A DNA stretch of 64,000 nt, taken from positions 723,361 through 787,360 of the forward strand of contig CAVRFH010000004.1 of assembly GCA_963720355.1 (NCBI GenBank). The letters are read 5' to 3'. Positions 43,301 through 54,405 of this stretch are shown here, in pieces; the stretch's first letter is position 1, and every line of letters starts with the position of its first letter. The notes beneath the pieces are model-generated. The model did no database searches, was not told the DNA's origin, and saw only the letters and a program-made list of their open reading frames with translations. The DNA comes from an uncultured Chloroflexia bacterium (GTDB lineage: Bacteria > Chloroflexota > Limnocylindria > Limnocylindrales > CSP1-4). The translations under genes were made by a program, and so were the position numbers.

Positions 43301-43490
43301 TGACCGGCGACCCTGGCCCTCGACGGCCGAGGGCACGCGCGCCGATCCCGCCGCTCGTCGTCGTCCTGCCGCTCGTGCCGATCGCCGCCATGGTCGGCGG
43401 GGTCGTGCTGCCTCGTGATCGCGATCGTGGCCTGGCTCGCTCGGCGGACGTACGGCCGGGCGACGCTTGGCGAGCGTCGTGCGCCCACGG
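40365..43490 (+). pseudogene. Large FtsX-like ABC transporter permease (two FtsX modules), heavily frameshifted
   Basis: TM and FtsX-like pieces (LLLIGSLGVAILLAFAVFLALVV, RVEIVGIDPGAL, LAGLAVGLVLMAVVVTGD, PLVVVLPLVPIAAMVGGVVL) are scattered over three frames across about 3.1 kb; boundaries are approximate. Confidence 0.5.
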
Positions 43491-43533
43491 TGGGCCGCCG
43501 CGCCGACGTGGCCTGGTCGGCCGGCCAGGAGGG

Positions 43534-45072
43534 CTCGATGGCTGACGCGATCACGGCCTCGGGGCTCATCCGCGATCCATCCGTCGGCCGGCGGTCCGGT
43601 CGCCGCGCTGCGCGGTCTCGACCTGCGCGTCGAGGTCGGCGAGGTGGCGGCGGTCGTCGGGCCGTCCGGCTCCGGCAAGTCCACGCTCCTGCGGCTCGTG
43701 GCCGGCCTCGACCGGCCGTCCGCCGGCCGTCTGGCCGTGCTCGGCCGCGACCTCGCGATCGGCCGTCGGCCGGGCAGCTCGACGCCCACCGGCGCGACCG
43801 CGTCGGCGTCGTCGAGCAGCACTACCGGCGGGCGCTGTCGCCGTACCTGCCGGTCGCGCGGGCCATCGGCCTGCCGCTGGCCCTGCGCGGCGATGGCCCA
43901 GGCCGAGCGAGACCGACCCGCGTCGCCGAGCTGCTCGAGCGGTCGGGCTGCCCGGATCGCGGCGAGCGCGCTACCGCCACCAGCTGTCCGGCGGCGAGCA
44001 GCAGCGCGTCGCCTTCGCCGTCGCGCTCGCCGCCCGCCCGGCCCTGCTCCTCGCCGACGAGCCGACCGGCGAGCTGGACGGCGCCACGGCCGAGACGATC
44101 CTCGGCGTCCTGCGCGACCTCGTCCGCGCCGAGGGGACGACCTGCCTCATCGTGACCCACGACGAGCTCGTCGAGCGGGTCGCGGACCGGGTCATCCACG
44201 TCGCCGACGGGCGGGCCGTCGCCGAGCGGGTCGGACCGCCCGGGATCGCACGCCGCGAGCGCGTCCGCGACGGCCAGGGCTGGCTGGCCCCGGCGCTGCC
44301 CGAGCCCACGTGCACCCCGTCGGCCGCGGCGGTCCGCGCCGATCGAGGCGCGACGCGGTCCTGCTCGACGCGGCCGCCCGCCACTACGGCGACGGGTGCG
44401 GCCGGGGCGCTGGGCCTGCCGCCGACGAGCGCGTCGTTCGGGCGCGGCAGGTTCCACGCGATCACCGGCCCGTCGGGCAGTGGCAAGACCACGCTCCTGC
44501 GCCTCGTCACCGGGCTCGACCGACCGACCGAGGGCCGGGTCGTCACCCTCGGCACGGACCTCGCGAGCCTCGATCGCGACGGCCTGGCCACGTTCCGGTC
44601 CGGCACGCATCGGCATCGTCGACCAGGTCCGCGACCTCGTGCCGTTCCTGTCGGCCCGCGAGAACGTGGAGCTCGGCCTGGCGATCCGCGGCCATGACGG
44701 TCCGCCGAGGCCGGGAACGCGGCCGTGGCCGCGCTCGAGCCGGTTCGGCCTGGCCGAGCACGCCGAGCGCGCGCCCGACGGCCTGTCGGCCGGCGAGCGG
44801 CTGCGGGTCGCCATGGCCCGGGCGATGGCGCCGAGCCCGAGCTCCTCGTCCTCGACGAGCCGACCGCGGCGCTCGACCGGTCCGGGGCGCGGGCCGTGGC
44901 CCGGCTGCTGGCCGGAGCTCGAGCCGAGGGACGGGTGACGATCATCGCGACGACCCACGACCCGGCCCTCATCGACGCCGCCGTCGGACCGCCTCGACCT
45001 GGCCGCCCTGCGGCGACAGCGGCCCGGCGAGCGGGCATCGACGCCGGGTGCCGAGGCTGGGCGCCTCAGCGG
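43534..45072 (+). pseudogene. ABC transporter ATP-binding protein with two tandem nucleotide-binding domains, frameshifted several times
   Basis: Two Walker A sites ([19 protein letters not shown] and [19 protein letters not shown]), two LSGGE signature motifs and two Walker B sites ([24 protein letters not shown]) spread over three frames. Confidence 0.65.
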
Positions 45073-45089
45073 TAGAGCGGCTCGCGGGT

Positions 45090-45511
45090 CATCCGCCAGA
45101 CGGCCCGCGACAGGATCGGCGAGGCCCAGGCCGGCGAGCCACAGGCCCGGGCCGTTGGTGAACACCTGGGCCGGCTCGGCGAACCGGAACACGCCCAGCG
45201 GCGAGCAGCTCGACCACCCGCCAGCGCGAACGCCGACCCAGCCGACGACGGCGAGGAGCGCGTAGGACATCCAGCGATCGATCGCCGGTCGGGCCGGTCG
45301 CCGACCGCGTAGGGCAGCGCGACGAGCAGCAGCGTCGCGACGCCCGACCAGGAAGACGAGGATGCCGCTCCCCTCGAAGGCGTTGCCCTGCAGCGGCGGG
45401 ATGCCCCGTGGCGCCGCCGAGCTGCCACCAGGGCAGCACGCAGCCGATGAGGATGACGACGCCGCCGACCGCGGCCAGCGTCCGACCCCCGCCCAGGGGC
45501 CGTCGATGCAT
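45090..45511 (-). CDS. Possible small membrane protein, frameshifted; 3' end uncertain
   Basis: [33 protein letters not shown] in one frame and hydrophobic segments ([19 protein letters not shown]) in others; weak support. Confidence 0.25.
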
Positions 45512-45513
45512 CG

Positions 45514-46144
<631 letters not shown>

Positions 46145-46289
46145 GGGGTCGCCGGTCGCCGGGTCCGGCGCCGGCCCGTCCGATCAGGCCGGCCGTCCGC
46201 GCGGCGCCCGGCGCACGGCGGCTCGAGGGCTGCGCCCGCGCGTCCGGCGGCGGTCACGGCGAGATCGACGGCGTAGGGCAGGGCGACCT

Positions 46290-46647
46290 GGCCCGACGAG
46301 CCGGACAGCGCCGTCGACCAGGGCGATGCTTGCCGTACTTGAGCATCAGCGCCCGGAAGTCGCGCGCGTAGAAGAGCTTGATGTTGATCGCCGGGATACA
46401 GCTCGCGCAGCCGGCGCAGCTTGCGGTTCTTCTTGCGCACGAGCTTCTGGCGCAGCGTCGTCATCTCGAGGTACAGGTCGAGGTCGGGCAGGTAGAAGTC
46501 GGGCGAGAAGCTCTCGACGACCGCGCCGTCGAGGTTCCACAGGATCGGGAACGTGTGCGGCTCGTACTCCCAGCGGACTGCATAGAAGTCGAGGATGCGG
46601 GCCATCTCCGCCTCGCTGGCATGGGCGAACGGGGTGCGGGGTTCCAT
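46290..46647 (-). CDS. Conserved hypothetical protein with a PD-(D/E)xK-nuclease-like motif, with one frameshift
   Basis: MEPRTPFAHASEAEMARILDFYAVRWEYEPHTFPI...DFYLPDLDLYLEMTTLRQK, then a shift to AINIKLFYARDFRALMLKYG; the family call is tentative. Confidence 0.35.
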
Positions 46648-46696
46648 CGGCCGCCAGTCTACCCGAGCGGCCGTCGACCCGACGACCCCGGGGCCC

Positions 46697-47096
46697 GTGC
46701 CGTGCGTTGCGGCCCGATACCCCCCGGGGGTATCATGGCGACCATGGCCACCACCGCCGCGACGGGCGCGCACCGCCCGCGCCGAGTCACTTCCGGCACA
46801 GCTACGCCAAGGACACGGCCCAGCTGATGCGCCGCCTGTCGCGCATGGAGGGTCAGGTCCGCGGCATCGCCCGGATGATCGAACGCGAGGAGTACTGCGT
46901 CGACATCCTCCAGCAGACCGCCGCCCTGCGCGCGGCCGTCGATTCGCTGTCGATCCTCGTCCTCGAGGACCATGTCCAGGGCTGCGTCCGGACCGCCGCC
47001 GAGCGCGGTGAGGCCGACCAGTACGTCGACGAGGTCATCGACGTCGTGCGGCGGACGCTCGGCCGACCGGTGCGCAGCACACCCCGTTCGACGTAG
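46697..47096 (+). CDS. csoR: CsoR/RcnR-family metal-sensing transcriptional repressor with a His-rich N-terminus
   Basis: HSYAKDTAQLMRRLSRMEGQVRGIARMIEREEYCVDILQQTAALRAAVDSL is the CsoR signature with its Cys; the upstream in-frame GYHGDHGHH stretch has no ATG, so a GTG start at 46697 is proposed. Confidence 0.65.
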
Positions 47097-47172
47097 GCCC
47101 GACCCCGTACCTTCGGCGCCGACGCGGGACGACTCCGGGGGATGTCGCCCGGATGCACCGGCGCGCCACGAT

Positions 47173-48678
47173 CGGGGACGCATGACCGATCCGCAGCGCG
47201 CGGCGCCCGTCGGGCAGCCGGGCGCACCACCGCACGTCGCCCCGCCGCGCCCGTTCGTCGAACGCCGGCGGGCATCCCGACGTGCCGCCGACCGCCTGGC
47301 CGACGAGGAACGCCACCTCCTGGCCGTCGCCCTCGATGTCCTCGCCTCCGACCACCCGGCGGAGGGGCGCCTCGCCGGGTTGCTCGACCTGCTCGCCGAT
47401 ACCGTCGGTGCCGAACGGGCGGCACTCGTCGCCGGCGGCGAACCGCGGCGTGCCGCCGTCGCGTCGTCGGGACCCGACGACGACGTCGCGGCGATGGGCC
47501 TCGCCACCTGGCTCGATACGTCGGCGCCGCGCAGCCGTGCGCGGCGAGTCGCCGCCGCACCGGCCCACGTGCTCGTCGCGACCCGAACCACGCGGCGACC
47601 GGCCGACCGGCGACGGACCGTGGCCGGCGGCCCGTTCTACGCCTGGTTGCCGATCCCGGCGGCGGGCGACGTCACGCTCGGGTTCTCGTTCGCCCGCCCG
47701 ACCGATGCGACGACCGTCGGCGACCGCCTCCCGCCGGCGCTCGCCAGGCACGCCGCGGTCGCCCTGGCCCTCGTCACCGAATCGATGAGCACCGAGCGCG
47801 AGCTCGTGGCGCTGCGGGCCGGGAAAGGCGAGCGCGACCGGTTCGTGTCGACCATCGCGCACGAGCTGCGCACACCGCTGACCGGCCTGTCCGGCTACCT
47901 GGACCTGATCCTCGATGGCCAGGTCGACGACGAGGCGGTCGAGCGCGAGTTCCTCGAGCGCGGGCGCTCGATCGTCGCCTCGATGGACGCCCTGGTCGGC
48001 GACCTGCTCGAGCTGTCCAAGCTCGAGTCGGGCTCGCTCGGCCTCGAGAGCGCGCCGTTCTCGGTCGCCGATGCGCTGCACGCGGTCAGCTCGGGGCTGC
48101 TGCCGATCGCCCTCCAGCGCGGCGTCCGGCTCCTCAACACGCCCCCGCCGCGCATCCGGACCGCGACGGGCGACCGTCGACGGGTCGAGCAGATCGTGAC
48201 CAACCTGGCCGGCAACGCGCTCAAGTTCGCGAGCGACGGCGGCGAGGTCGAGATGGCCGGCTGGACGGACGGCCCCATCGCGGTGATCGCGGTCCGCGAC
48301 GAGGGACCCGGGATCGGCGCCGAGGACCGCGGTCGGATCTTCGAGCGCTTCTACCGGATGGCCGACCACGAGCGGGTGACCGGCACCGGGCTCGGGCTGC
48401 CCATCTCGCGGGACCTGGCCCGGACGATGGGCGGGGAGCTCGACGTCGCCAGCATGCTCGGTGTCGGGTCCGCCTTCGTCCTCGTCCTGCCCGGCCCCGG
48501 CGCGCCCGTCGAACCCGAGGTCATCGAGAACGCGACGGCGGCCGCCCTCGAGTACGAGACCGACCGGCTCGAGGCCGTCGCGGCGATCCGCTCGGCGAAG
48601 GGTCGCCGCTCCTCGGCACGGCCCGCGCCGCAGGTGGCCCGTCCCGGGGCCACGGGGCCATCGCCGTCCGTCGGCTAG
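47173..48678 (+). CDS. Cytoplasmic sensor histidine kinase (N-terminal sensory, GAF-like, region plus HisKA and HATPase_c); no adjacent response regulator
   Basis: H-box FVSTIAHELRTPLTGL, N-box QIVTNLAGNALKF, G-boxes DEGPGIG and GTGLGLPISRDLA; no TM segments. Confidence 0.8.
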   Translation, partial: RGRMTDPQRAAPVGQPGAPPHVAPPRPFVERRRASRRAADRLADEERHLLAVALDVLASDHPAEGRLAGLLDLLADTVGAERAALVAGGEPRRAAVASSGPDDDVAAMGLATWLDTSAPRSRARRVAAAPAHVLVATRTTRRPADRRRTVAGGPFYAWLPIPAAGDVTLGFSFARPTDATTVGDRLPPALARHAAVALALVTESMSTERELVALRAGKGERDRFVSTIAHELRTPLTGLSGYLDLILDGQVDDEAVEREFLERGRSIVASMDALVGDLLELSKLESGSLGLESAPFSVADALHAVSSGLLPIALQRGVRLLNTPPPRIRTATGDRRRVEQIVTNLAGNALKFASDGGEVEMAGWTDGPIAVIAVRDEGPGIGAEDRGRIFERFYRMADHERVTGTGLGLPISRDLARTMGGELDVASMLGVGSAFVLVLPGPGAPVEPEVIENATAAALEYETDRLEAVAAIRSAKGRRSSARPAPQVARPGATGPSPSVG

Positions 48679-48939
48679 CCGACTTATCCACGGATCCACG
48701 CCGATCCGGCGAGTTGGTGGAAAACCCGGTTGACGCCGGCCGGTCGCGACTCGTACCGTGCCCATCCCGCACTAGGGCGAACCGCGAGGGTAACGAGGTC
48801 CACGAGGGGCTCGGGGAGACCCAGCCACGAACCGGATGGATCGCGGAAGACCAGACGATCGTCCGCACCTGGTGCGAGCCGAGTCGACGCCGGGAGCGGT
48901 GCCGCGCCCTGTGGTACGCAGGTCAAGGAGGCGTACCGT

Positions 48940-49720
48940 TGGATCGCAGGCGCGAGCCGCTCCCGACGCGCGTCCAGGACACGGCGGGCCTCCCGGAGTC
49001 GTTCCACGCCGAGCTTCGCCGTGGGCTCGGGGCCCTGGGCATCGACCTCCCGGCGGCCGCCCGCGATGCCATCGACGGGCACGTCCGCCTGCTGCTGGCG
49101 TGGAACGTGGCGATCAACCTGACCGCGGTGACCGAGCCGGTCGAGGTCGCCCGCCGCCATGTCGTCGATAGCCTCACCGCCGTGTCCTGGCTCCGCGCTC
49201 GCGGGGTCGATCGGGTGCTCGATGTCGGGTCCGGCGGCGGGTTCCCCGGTTTCCCGCTGGCCGCCGCGATCCCCGGCCTCGAGGTCGTCCTGCTCGAGCC
49301 GATCGCCAAGAAGGGCCGGTTCCTGACGACGGCCGTGGAGGCGGTCGGCCTCGACGCACGTGTCCGGGTGGTGATCGCCCGGGCCGAGGACCTTGCTCGA
49401 GACCCCGCCGAGCGGGGACGCTGGCCGGCCGTGACCGCCCGCGCCGTCGGATCGACCGCCGACCTGGTCGAGCTCGCCTTCCCGCTGCTCGGACGGGGCG
49501 GGTCCCTGCTCGCCTGGAAGCGCGGCTGATCTGAGCTCGGAGCTGACGGCCGCCCGACGCGCGGTCGATGCGCTGGGCGGCGGCGACATCGAGATCGAGC
49601 CGATCGACGCCCCCGGGCTGCCCGAACACTGCCTCGTCGTCGCGACCCGCGCTCCCGGTCGCGACGTCCCCGACGCGTACCCGCGAGCGCCGGCCGCCCG
49701 CGGCCGACGGTCGTGGTGAG
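48940..49720 (+). CDS. rsmG: 16S rRNA (guanine527-N7)-methyltransferase RsmG with a frameshift near 49527
   Basis: LLLAWNVAINLTAV, VLDVGSGGGFPGFPLA (SAM site) and GGSLLAWKRG, after which a TGA falls in frame; the +1 frame continues ADLSSELTAARRAVDALGGGDIEIEPIDAPGLPEHCLVVATR, which is the RsmG C-terminus. Start codon uncertain (TTG?). Confidence 0.6.
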
Positions 49721-49767
49721 CGTCGGTCGTCGGGCGGACGACCACGACTGCTACCCTCTTCGCCGAT

Positions 49768-50488
49768 GCGCATCGCCGTCCTCTCGGACATCCACAGCAA
49801 TATCGTGGCGCTCGATGCGGTCCTCCAGCACGCCGGCGCGGTCGACGCCGTGTGGCACCTGGGCGATGTCGTCGGCTATGGCCCTGACCCCGATGCCGTC
49901 GTCGGGCGCCTCATCGAGCGGAACGCGACCGGCGTCCGAGGCAACCACGATGCCGCCGCGATCGGCGGACGCGAGATCGACTGGTTCAACGAGGACGCGC
50001 GCGCGGCCGCGGAGTGGACCCGGGACACGATCTCGACGGGCACCCGCGCATGGCTGGCGGCCTTGCCGGAGCGGCGCACGGAGGCCGATGTGAGCCTGGT
50101 CCACGGCAGTCCCCGCGACCCCCTGCGCGAATACATCACGGACGCGCGTGTCGCGGGCGACAACCTCGCGCTGCTCGAGACCCCGCATGGGCTGCACGGC
50201 CACACCCACGTGCCGGTCGCCTGGGTGGCGACGGCCGACCGGGTCGGGCTCGTCCGGACGGTCGACGGCACGGCCCTCGAGCTCGGCGATGACCGCACGC
50301 TGCTCAACCCGGGCAGCGTCGGCCAGCCCCGCGATGGCGACCCGCGCGCTGGCTATCTCATCCTGGACCTCGAGCTCGGGCGGGTGTCATGGCACCGGGT
50401 CGCCTACGACGTCGGCCGGGTCCAGGCCGCCATGCGCGCCGCGGCCCTGCCGGCCCGGTTGGTGGCTCGGCTGGCGATCGGTGCATGA
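49768..50488 (+). CDS. Metallophosphoesterase (calcineurin-like, YfcE/MPP family)
   Basis: MRIAVLSDIHSN, GDVVGYG, GNHD and GHTH motifs. Confidence 0.75.
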
Positions 50489-50515
50489 GCGTGCGCGCAT
50501 GACGCGCCTTCGCCG

Positions 50516-52546
50516 GTGATCGGCGGCAGGCGGCCACTCCAGGGTCGCAAGCCGGGCGACAAGCGGCTGCGTGTCGAGCGACCGCACGCCCCGTTCTTCC
50601 GGTACACGGGCAAGGGGCAGCTGACGGCCAAGGAGGCCGCCAGCGTCCCGACGACGCCCGGGGCGCGCCTGATCGCCCGGGTCCGCGCGGTCGTCCTCGG
50701 GCGACCGCTCCACCAGGACGAGGAGCTCGGCGAGCGCCTGTCGAAGCCCAAGGCGCTGGCCATCTTCAGCTCGGATGCCATCTCGTCGTCGGCCTACGCC
50801 ACCGAGGAGATCATCCTGGCGTTCATCCTGGGCGGCGCCGCGCTCGCGGCGCTCGGCTGGTCGTTGCCGGTGGCGATCGCGATCGCGGCCCTGCTCGCCG
50901 TGGTCGCCTTCAGCTACCGCCAGGTGTGCATCGCCTACCCCACCGGCGGCGGCTCCTACTCGGTGTCGAAGGCGAACTTCGGACGGATGGCGTCGCTCGT
51001 GGCGGCCTCGGCGCTGCTCATCGACTACAACCTGACCGCAGCGGTATCGACGTCGTCTGCGGTCGAACAGATCGTATCGGCGTTCCCGGCACTCAGCGAT
51101 GTCCGCGTCTGGATCGGGATCGGCGCGCTCGGCCTCATCACCGTGGCGAACCTGCGCGGCGTGCGCGAGGCCGGCAACATCTTCGCGGTCCCGACCTACC
51201 TCTTCATGTTCAGCGCGTTCGCCATGATCGCCATCGGGGCGTATCGGATCATCGTCCTCGGCGAGCATCACGCCCCGCCTCCCGAGGTCGTGGCGGCGAC
51301 GGCCGAGGGCGCCGGAGCCGTGTCCCTCTTCCTCCTGCTCCGGGCGTTCGCATCCGGGGCCGTCGCCCTGACCGGGACCGAGGCGATCGCGACCGGGGTA
51401 CCGGCCTTCAAGCCGCCCGAGGCGCGCAACGCGGCGACGACCCTGCTGGTGATGGCCGGCGTGCTGGCCATCCTGTTCATCGGGATCACGTTCCTCGCGA
51501 CGAACTTCGCGATCTACCCGACGGATCCGACGTTGTTCGGCGAGATCGAGCACAAGACCGTGATCGCCCAGGTGGCCGAGACGGTCTTCGGCAACGGGCT
51601 CGTCTTCTACCTGTTCCAGGCCTTCACCGCGCTCCTGCTGTTCCTCGCCGCGAACACGAGCTTCGCCGCGTTCCCGCGGCTCGCCGCGGTGCTCGGCGAG
51701 GACGGCTTCTTCCCGCGCCAGTTCAGCTTCCGCGGCGACCGGCTGGCGTTCTCGACTGGCATCCTGCTGCTTGGTCTGATCGCCGCATCGCTGGTGATCA
51801 TCGCCGAAGGACGCACCCATGCCCTGATCCCGCTCTACGCGGTCGGCGTGTTCATCGACTTCACGATCAGCCAGGCCGGCATGGTCCGCCACTGGCTGCG
51901 GACGCGCGACCGGGGCTGGCGCTCTCGCCTCGTGATCAACGCGGTCGGCTGCGCGGCGACCGCGGTCGTGGCGATCGTCGTGACCAGCGTGAAGTTCCTC
52001 GATGGGGCGTGGTTCGTGGTCGTCCTCATCCCGATCCTCGTGAGCCTGATGCTGTTCATCCGGCGCGAATACGACGCGCAGGAGAAGGAGCTCCACGTGC
52101 GCGAGGATCTCGTGGTCGAGGGGCCGCACCGCGAGCAGCGCGTCGTGATCCCGGTCAACGGCATCAATCGGGCGGTCATCCAGGCCGTGAACTTCGGCCG
52201 GACGATGAGCCCCGACATCCGGGCGGTGTTCGTGACCGAGGACCCTGACGAGGGCGAGGCGCTCCGCGAACGGTGGGAGCGCCAGGTCCCCGGCGTCCCG
52301 CTCGTCATCGTCGAGTCGCCGTACCGCGCGGTCATCTCGCCGGTCCTCGCCTACCTCGACGTGCTCGACCAGGCGTGGCCACCCGACAAGGCCGCTCCGA
52401 TCACGATCGTCGTCCTGCCCGAATACGTCGCCCGCCATTGGTGGGAGCGCCTGCTCTACAACCAGACGGCGAAGCGACTCAAGGCGGCCATCCTCGGTCG
52501 CGAGCACACCGTCATCGCCGACGTGCCGTACCGCCGCGAGCAGTGA
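50516..52546 (+). CDS. APC-superfamily permease with a cytoplasmic C-terminal domain (KimA-like potassium importer family)
   Basis: N-terminal LGRPLHQDEELGERLSKPKALAIFSSDAISSSAYATEEI resembles KimA-type transporters; 12 TM plus a roughly 190-aa soluble tail; the start may be downstream of 50516. Confidence 0.6.
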   Translation: MIGGRRPLQGRKPGDKRLRVERPHAPFFRYTGKGQLTAKEAASVPTTPGARLIARVRAVVLGRPLHQDEELGERLSKPKALAIFSSDAISSSAYATEEIILAFILGGAALAALGWSLPVAIAIAALLAVVAFSYRQVCIAYPTGGGSYSVSKANFGRMASLVAASALLIDYNLTAAVSTSSAVEQIVSAFPALSDVRVWIGIGALGLITVANLRGVREAGNIFAVPTYLFMFSAFAMIAIGAYRIIVLGEHHAPPPEVVAATAEGAGAVSLFLLLRAFASGAVALTGTEAIATGVPAFKPPEARNAATTLLVMAGVLAILFIGITFLATNFAIYPTDPTLFGEIEHKTVIAQVAETVFGNGLVFYLFQAFTALLLFLAANTSFAAFPRLAAVLGEDGFFPRQFSFRGDRLAFSTGILLLGLIAASLVIIAEGRTHALIPLYAVGVFIDFTISQAGMVRHWLRTRDRGWRSRLVINAVGCAATAVVAIVVTSVKFLDGAWFVVVLIPILVSLMLFIRREYDAQEKELHVREDLVVEGPHREQRVVIPVNGINRAVIQAVNFGRTMSPDIRAVFVTEDPDEGEALRERWERQVPGVPLVIVESPYRAVISPVLAYLDVLDQAWPPDKAAPITIVVLPEYVARHWWERLLYNQTAKRLKAAILGREHTVIADVPYRREQ

Positions 52547-52589
52547 CCCGATCGGGCTCCCGAACCTCACGGTGGTATCGTGGCCATCC

Positions 52590-53048
52590 ATGTCGGACAA
52601 CCAGACCGCACCGTTCCGTCGCGCGGTCGTGGCCCTCAACGGCGGGCCGAGCGACGCGCGGATCGTCCGGCTCGTGGCCGACGCCGTCGCCCGGACCAAG
52701 GCGGAGTTGATCGCCGTCCACGTCGTCGAGATCGATTGGACCCTGCCGCTCGACGCCGATATCGCCGGGCGATCGGAGGACGTGCAGCGCGTGCTCGATT
52801 CGGCCGAGGCGATCGCCGAAAGCTTCAAGCTGACGATGGAGCCGGTGCTCCTGCAAGCCCGCGATGTCGCCGCAGCGATCGTCGACGAGGCCACCGAGCG
52901 GGGCGCCGACCTCCTGGTCGTCGGGCTCCCGTACCGGAAGCGATTCGGCGGGGAGTTCGCGATCGGCCGGACGATCCCCTACATCCTGCAGAACGCGCCG
53001 TGCGCCGTCTGGGTCGTGCGCGAGCCGATGAGTGAGGAAGCATCGTGA
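52590..53048 (+). CDS. Universal stress protein (UspA family)
   Basis: About 152 aa; AVVALNGGPSD...LIAVHVVE...GADLLVVGLPYR...PCAVWVV. Confidence 0.8.
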   Translation: MSDNQTAPFRRAVVALNGGPSDARIVRLVADAVARTKAELIAVHVVEIDWTLPLDADIAGRSEDVQRVLDSAEAIAESFKLTMEPVLLQARDVAAAIVDEATERGADLLVVGLPYRKRFGGEFAIGRTIPYILQNAPCAVWVVREPMSEEAS

Positions 53049-53608
53049 AGATCGTCATCGTCGGTTGCGGGCGCGTCGGCGCCTCCGCCGCGGAGCTGTG
53101 GGATCGGGCCGGCCACGAGGTGATCGTGCTCGACGTGTCCACGCGGGCGTTCGAGCGTCTGCCGTCGTCCTTCGGCGGTACCGCCGTGCGCGGCGATGGC
53201 ACCGATGAGGACGTGCTGCGTCGCGCGGGCATGGAGGGGGCCGACATCTTCCTGGCCCTCACCGAGGGCGACAACCGCAACGTCATGGCGGCCCAGCTCG
53301 CCGTCGAGGCCTTCGAGGTCGAGCGCGTCGTCGCCAAGATCAACGACCCCGTCCGGGCCGCGGCCTACGCCGAGCTCGGCATCGCCACCCTGTGCCGGAC
53401 CGGGCTGATGGTCGATGCCGTCACGGCCCACCTGGGCTTCCCCTCGTCGGGCCTGCCCGGCATGCTCGCCCCGAGCGGCCAGCATCCAGGCGGCGACCAT
53501 CACGACCGACCCGACGAGGACGGTGGTCCGGGTTCGGAGGCGGGCGCCGCACCCCGTGCGTCATCGGATCCCGTATCGGCCGCGCCCGGCGCGGCATCGG
53601 AGGCCTGA
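53045..53608 (+). CDS. trkA: TrkA-N (NAD-binding) potassium-uptake regulatory subunit
   Basis: MKIVIVGCGRVGASAA Rossmann motif; the start overlaps the usp stop; a disordered C-terminal tail. Confidence 0.75.
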   Translation: MKIVIVGCGRVGASAAELWDRAGHEVIVLDVSTRAFERLPSSFGGTAVRGDGTDEDVLRRAGMEGADIFLALTEGDNRNVMAAQLAVEAFEVERVVAKINDPVRAAAYAELGIATLCRTGLMVDAVTAHLGFPSSGLPGMLAPSGQHPGGDHHDRPDEDGGPGSEAGAAPRASSDPVSAAPGAASEA

Positions 53609-53610
53609 CC

Positions 53611-54291
53611 GTGTTCGTTCTCGTCGTCGGTGGTGGCAAGGTCGGCTACTACCTTGCCAAGGAGCTGCTCGACTCGGGTCACGAGGTGGCCCTCATGGAG
53701 AAGGACCCGACCCGGGCCCGACAGATCGCCGACGAGATCGGGTCGATCGTCATCCCACACGACGGCTGCGAGGGCAAGTACCTCGCCGAGGCCGGCTCGA
53801 ACCGGGCCGACGTCGTCGCGGCGGTCACCGGCGACGACGAGGACAACCTCGTCATCTGCCAGATGGCCAAGCACCATTTCGACGTGCCGCGGACCATCGC
53901 CCGAGTCAACAACCCGAAGAACGAGACGCTCTTCCGCCACCTCGGCGTCGATGAGCTGATCAGCCCGACTCGGATGATCCTCGGCTCGATCGAACAGGAC
54001 ATCCCGGTCCACGAGCTGCTCCATTTGGCGACCCTCGGCGAGGGCGAGCTCGAGCTGATCGAGGCGCACCTCCAGTCGGGCTCGCCGGCGATCGGCCGGG
54101 CGCCGCGCGACCTCGAGATCCCCGAGGGCTGTTCGCTGTTCGCGGTCATCCGGGATGGCATCGCGACGCCGCTCCGACCCGACACGATCCTGAACGAGGG
54201 CGACAAGGTCATCGCTATCGGCAAGCAGGAGTGCGAGGCCCTGCTCCACGGGCAGCTGATCGGCGATCCGGAGGCCACGACCGCCCGCTGA
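53611..54291 (+). CDS. trkA: TrkA-N plus TrkA-C potassium-uptake regulatory subunit; the pair resembles ceoB/ceoC
   Basis: GTG start; VFVLVVGGGKVGYYLAKEL Rossmann motif; C-terminal RCK_C-like region (LIEAHLQSGSPAIGRAPRDLEIPEGCSLFAVIRDG). Confidence 0.8.
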   Translation: MFVLVVGGGKVGYYLAKELLDSGHEVALMEKDPTRARQIADEIGSIVIPHDGCEGKYLAEAGSNRADVVAAVTGDDEDNLVICQMAKHHFDVPRTIARVNNPKNETLFRHLGVDELISPTRMILGSIEQDIPVHELLHLATLGEGELELIEAHLQSGSPAIGRAPRDLEIPEGCSLFAVIRDGIATPLRPDTILNEGDKVIAIGKQECEALLHGQLIGDPEATTAR

Positions 54292-54334
54292 GCCATCGGC
54301 GGCGGATCGGTCGCCACTCGGGGGGCGTAAGACT

Positions 54335-54365
54335 CTTGACAACATGATTGTCAGGGTTCTAGCAT
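54335..54365 (+). promoter_or_regulatory. Promoter (TTGACA-18 nt-TAGCAT) with an embedded 7-N7-7 inverted repeat CTTGACA-acatgat-TGTCAgG, a HAIR-like MerR/HspR-type operator
   Basis: Perfect -35 hexamer at 54336..54341 and a -10-like TAGCAT at 54360..54365; the inverted repeat matches its own reverse complement at 6 of 7 positions and has the same geometry as the HspR-associated repeat CTTGAGT-N7-ACTCAAG. Confidence 0.4.
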
Positions 54366-54405
54366 CTCCCCATGTCACCCAAGCTCCACATCGAGCCTGC
54401 GACCG

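Noticed and set aside
54335-54365. Canonical HAIR (CTTGAGT-N7-ACTCAAG) upstream of hspR, lon, the J-domain gene or clpB
   Set aside because: No exact HAIR is present. Only the variant 7-N7-7 repeat CTTGACA-N7-TGTCAGG is found, and it is reported as HAIR-like and not as HAIR.
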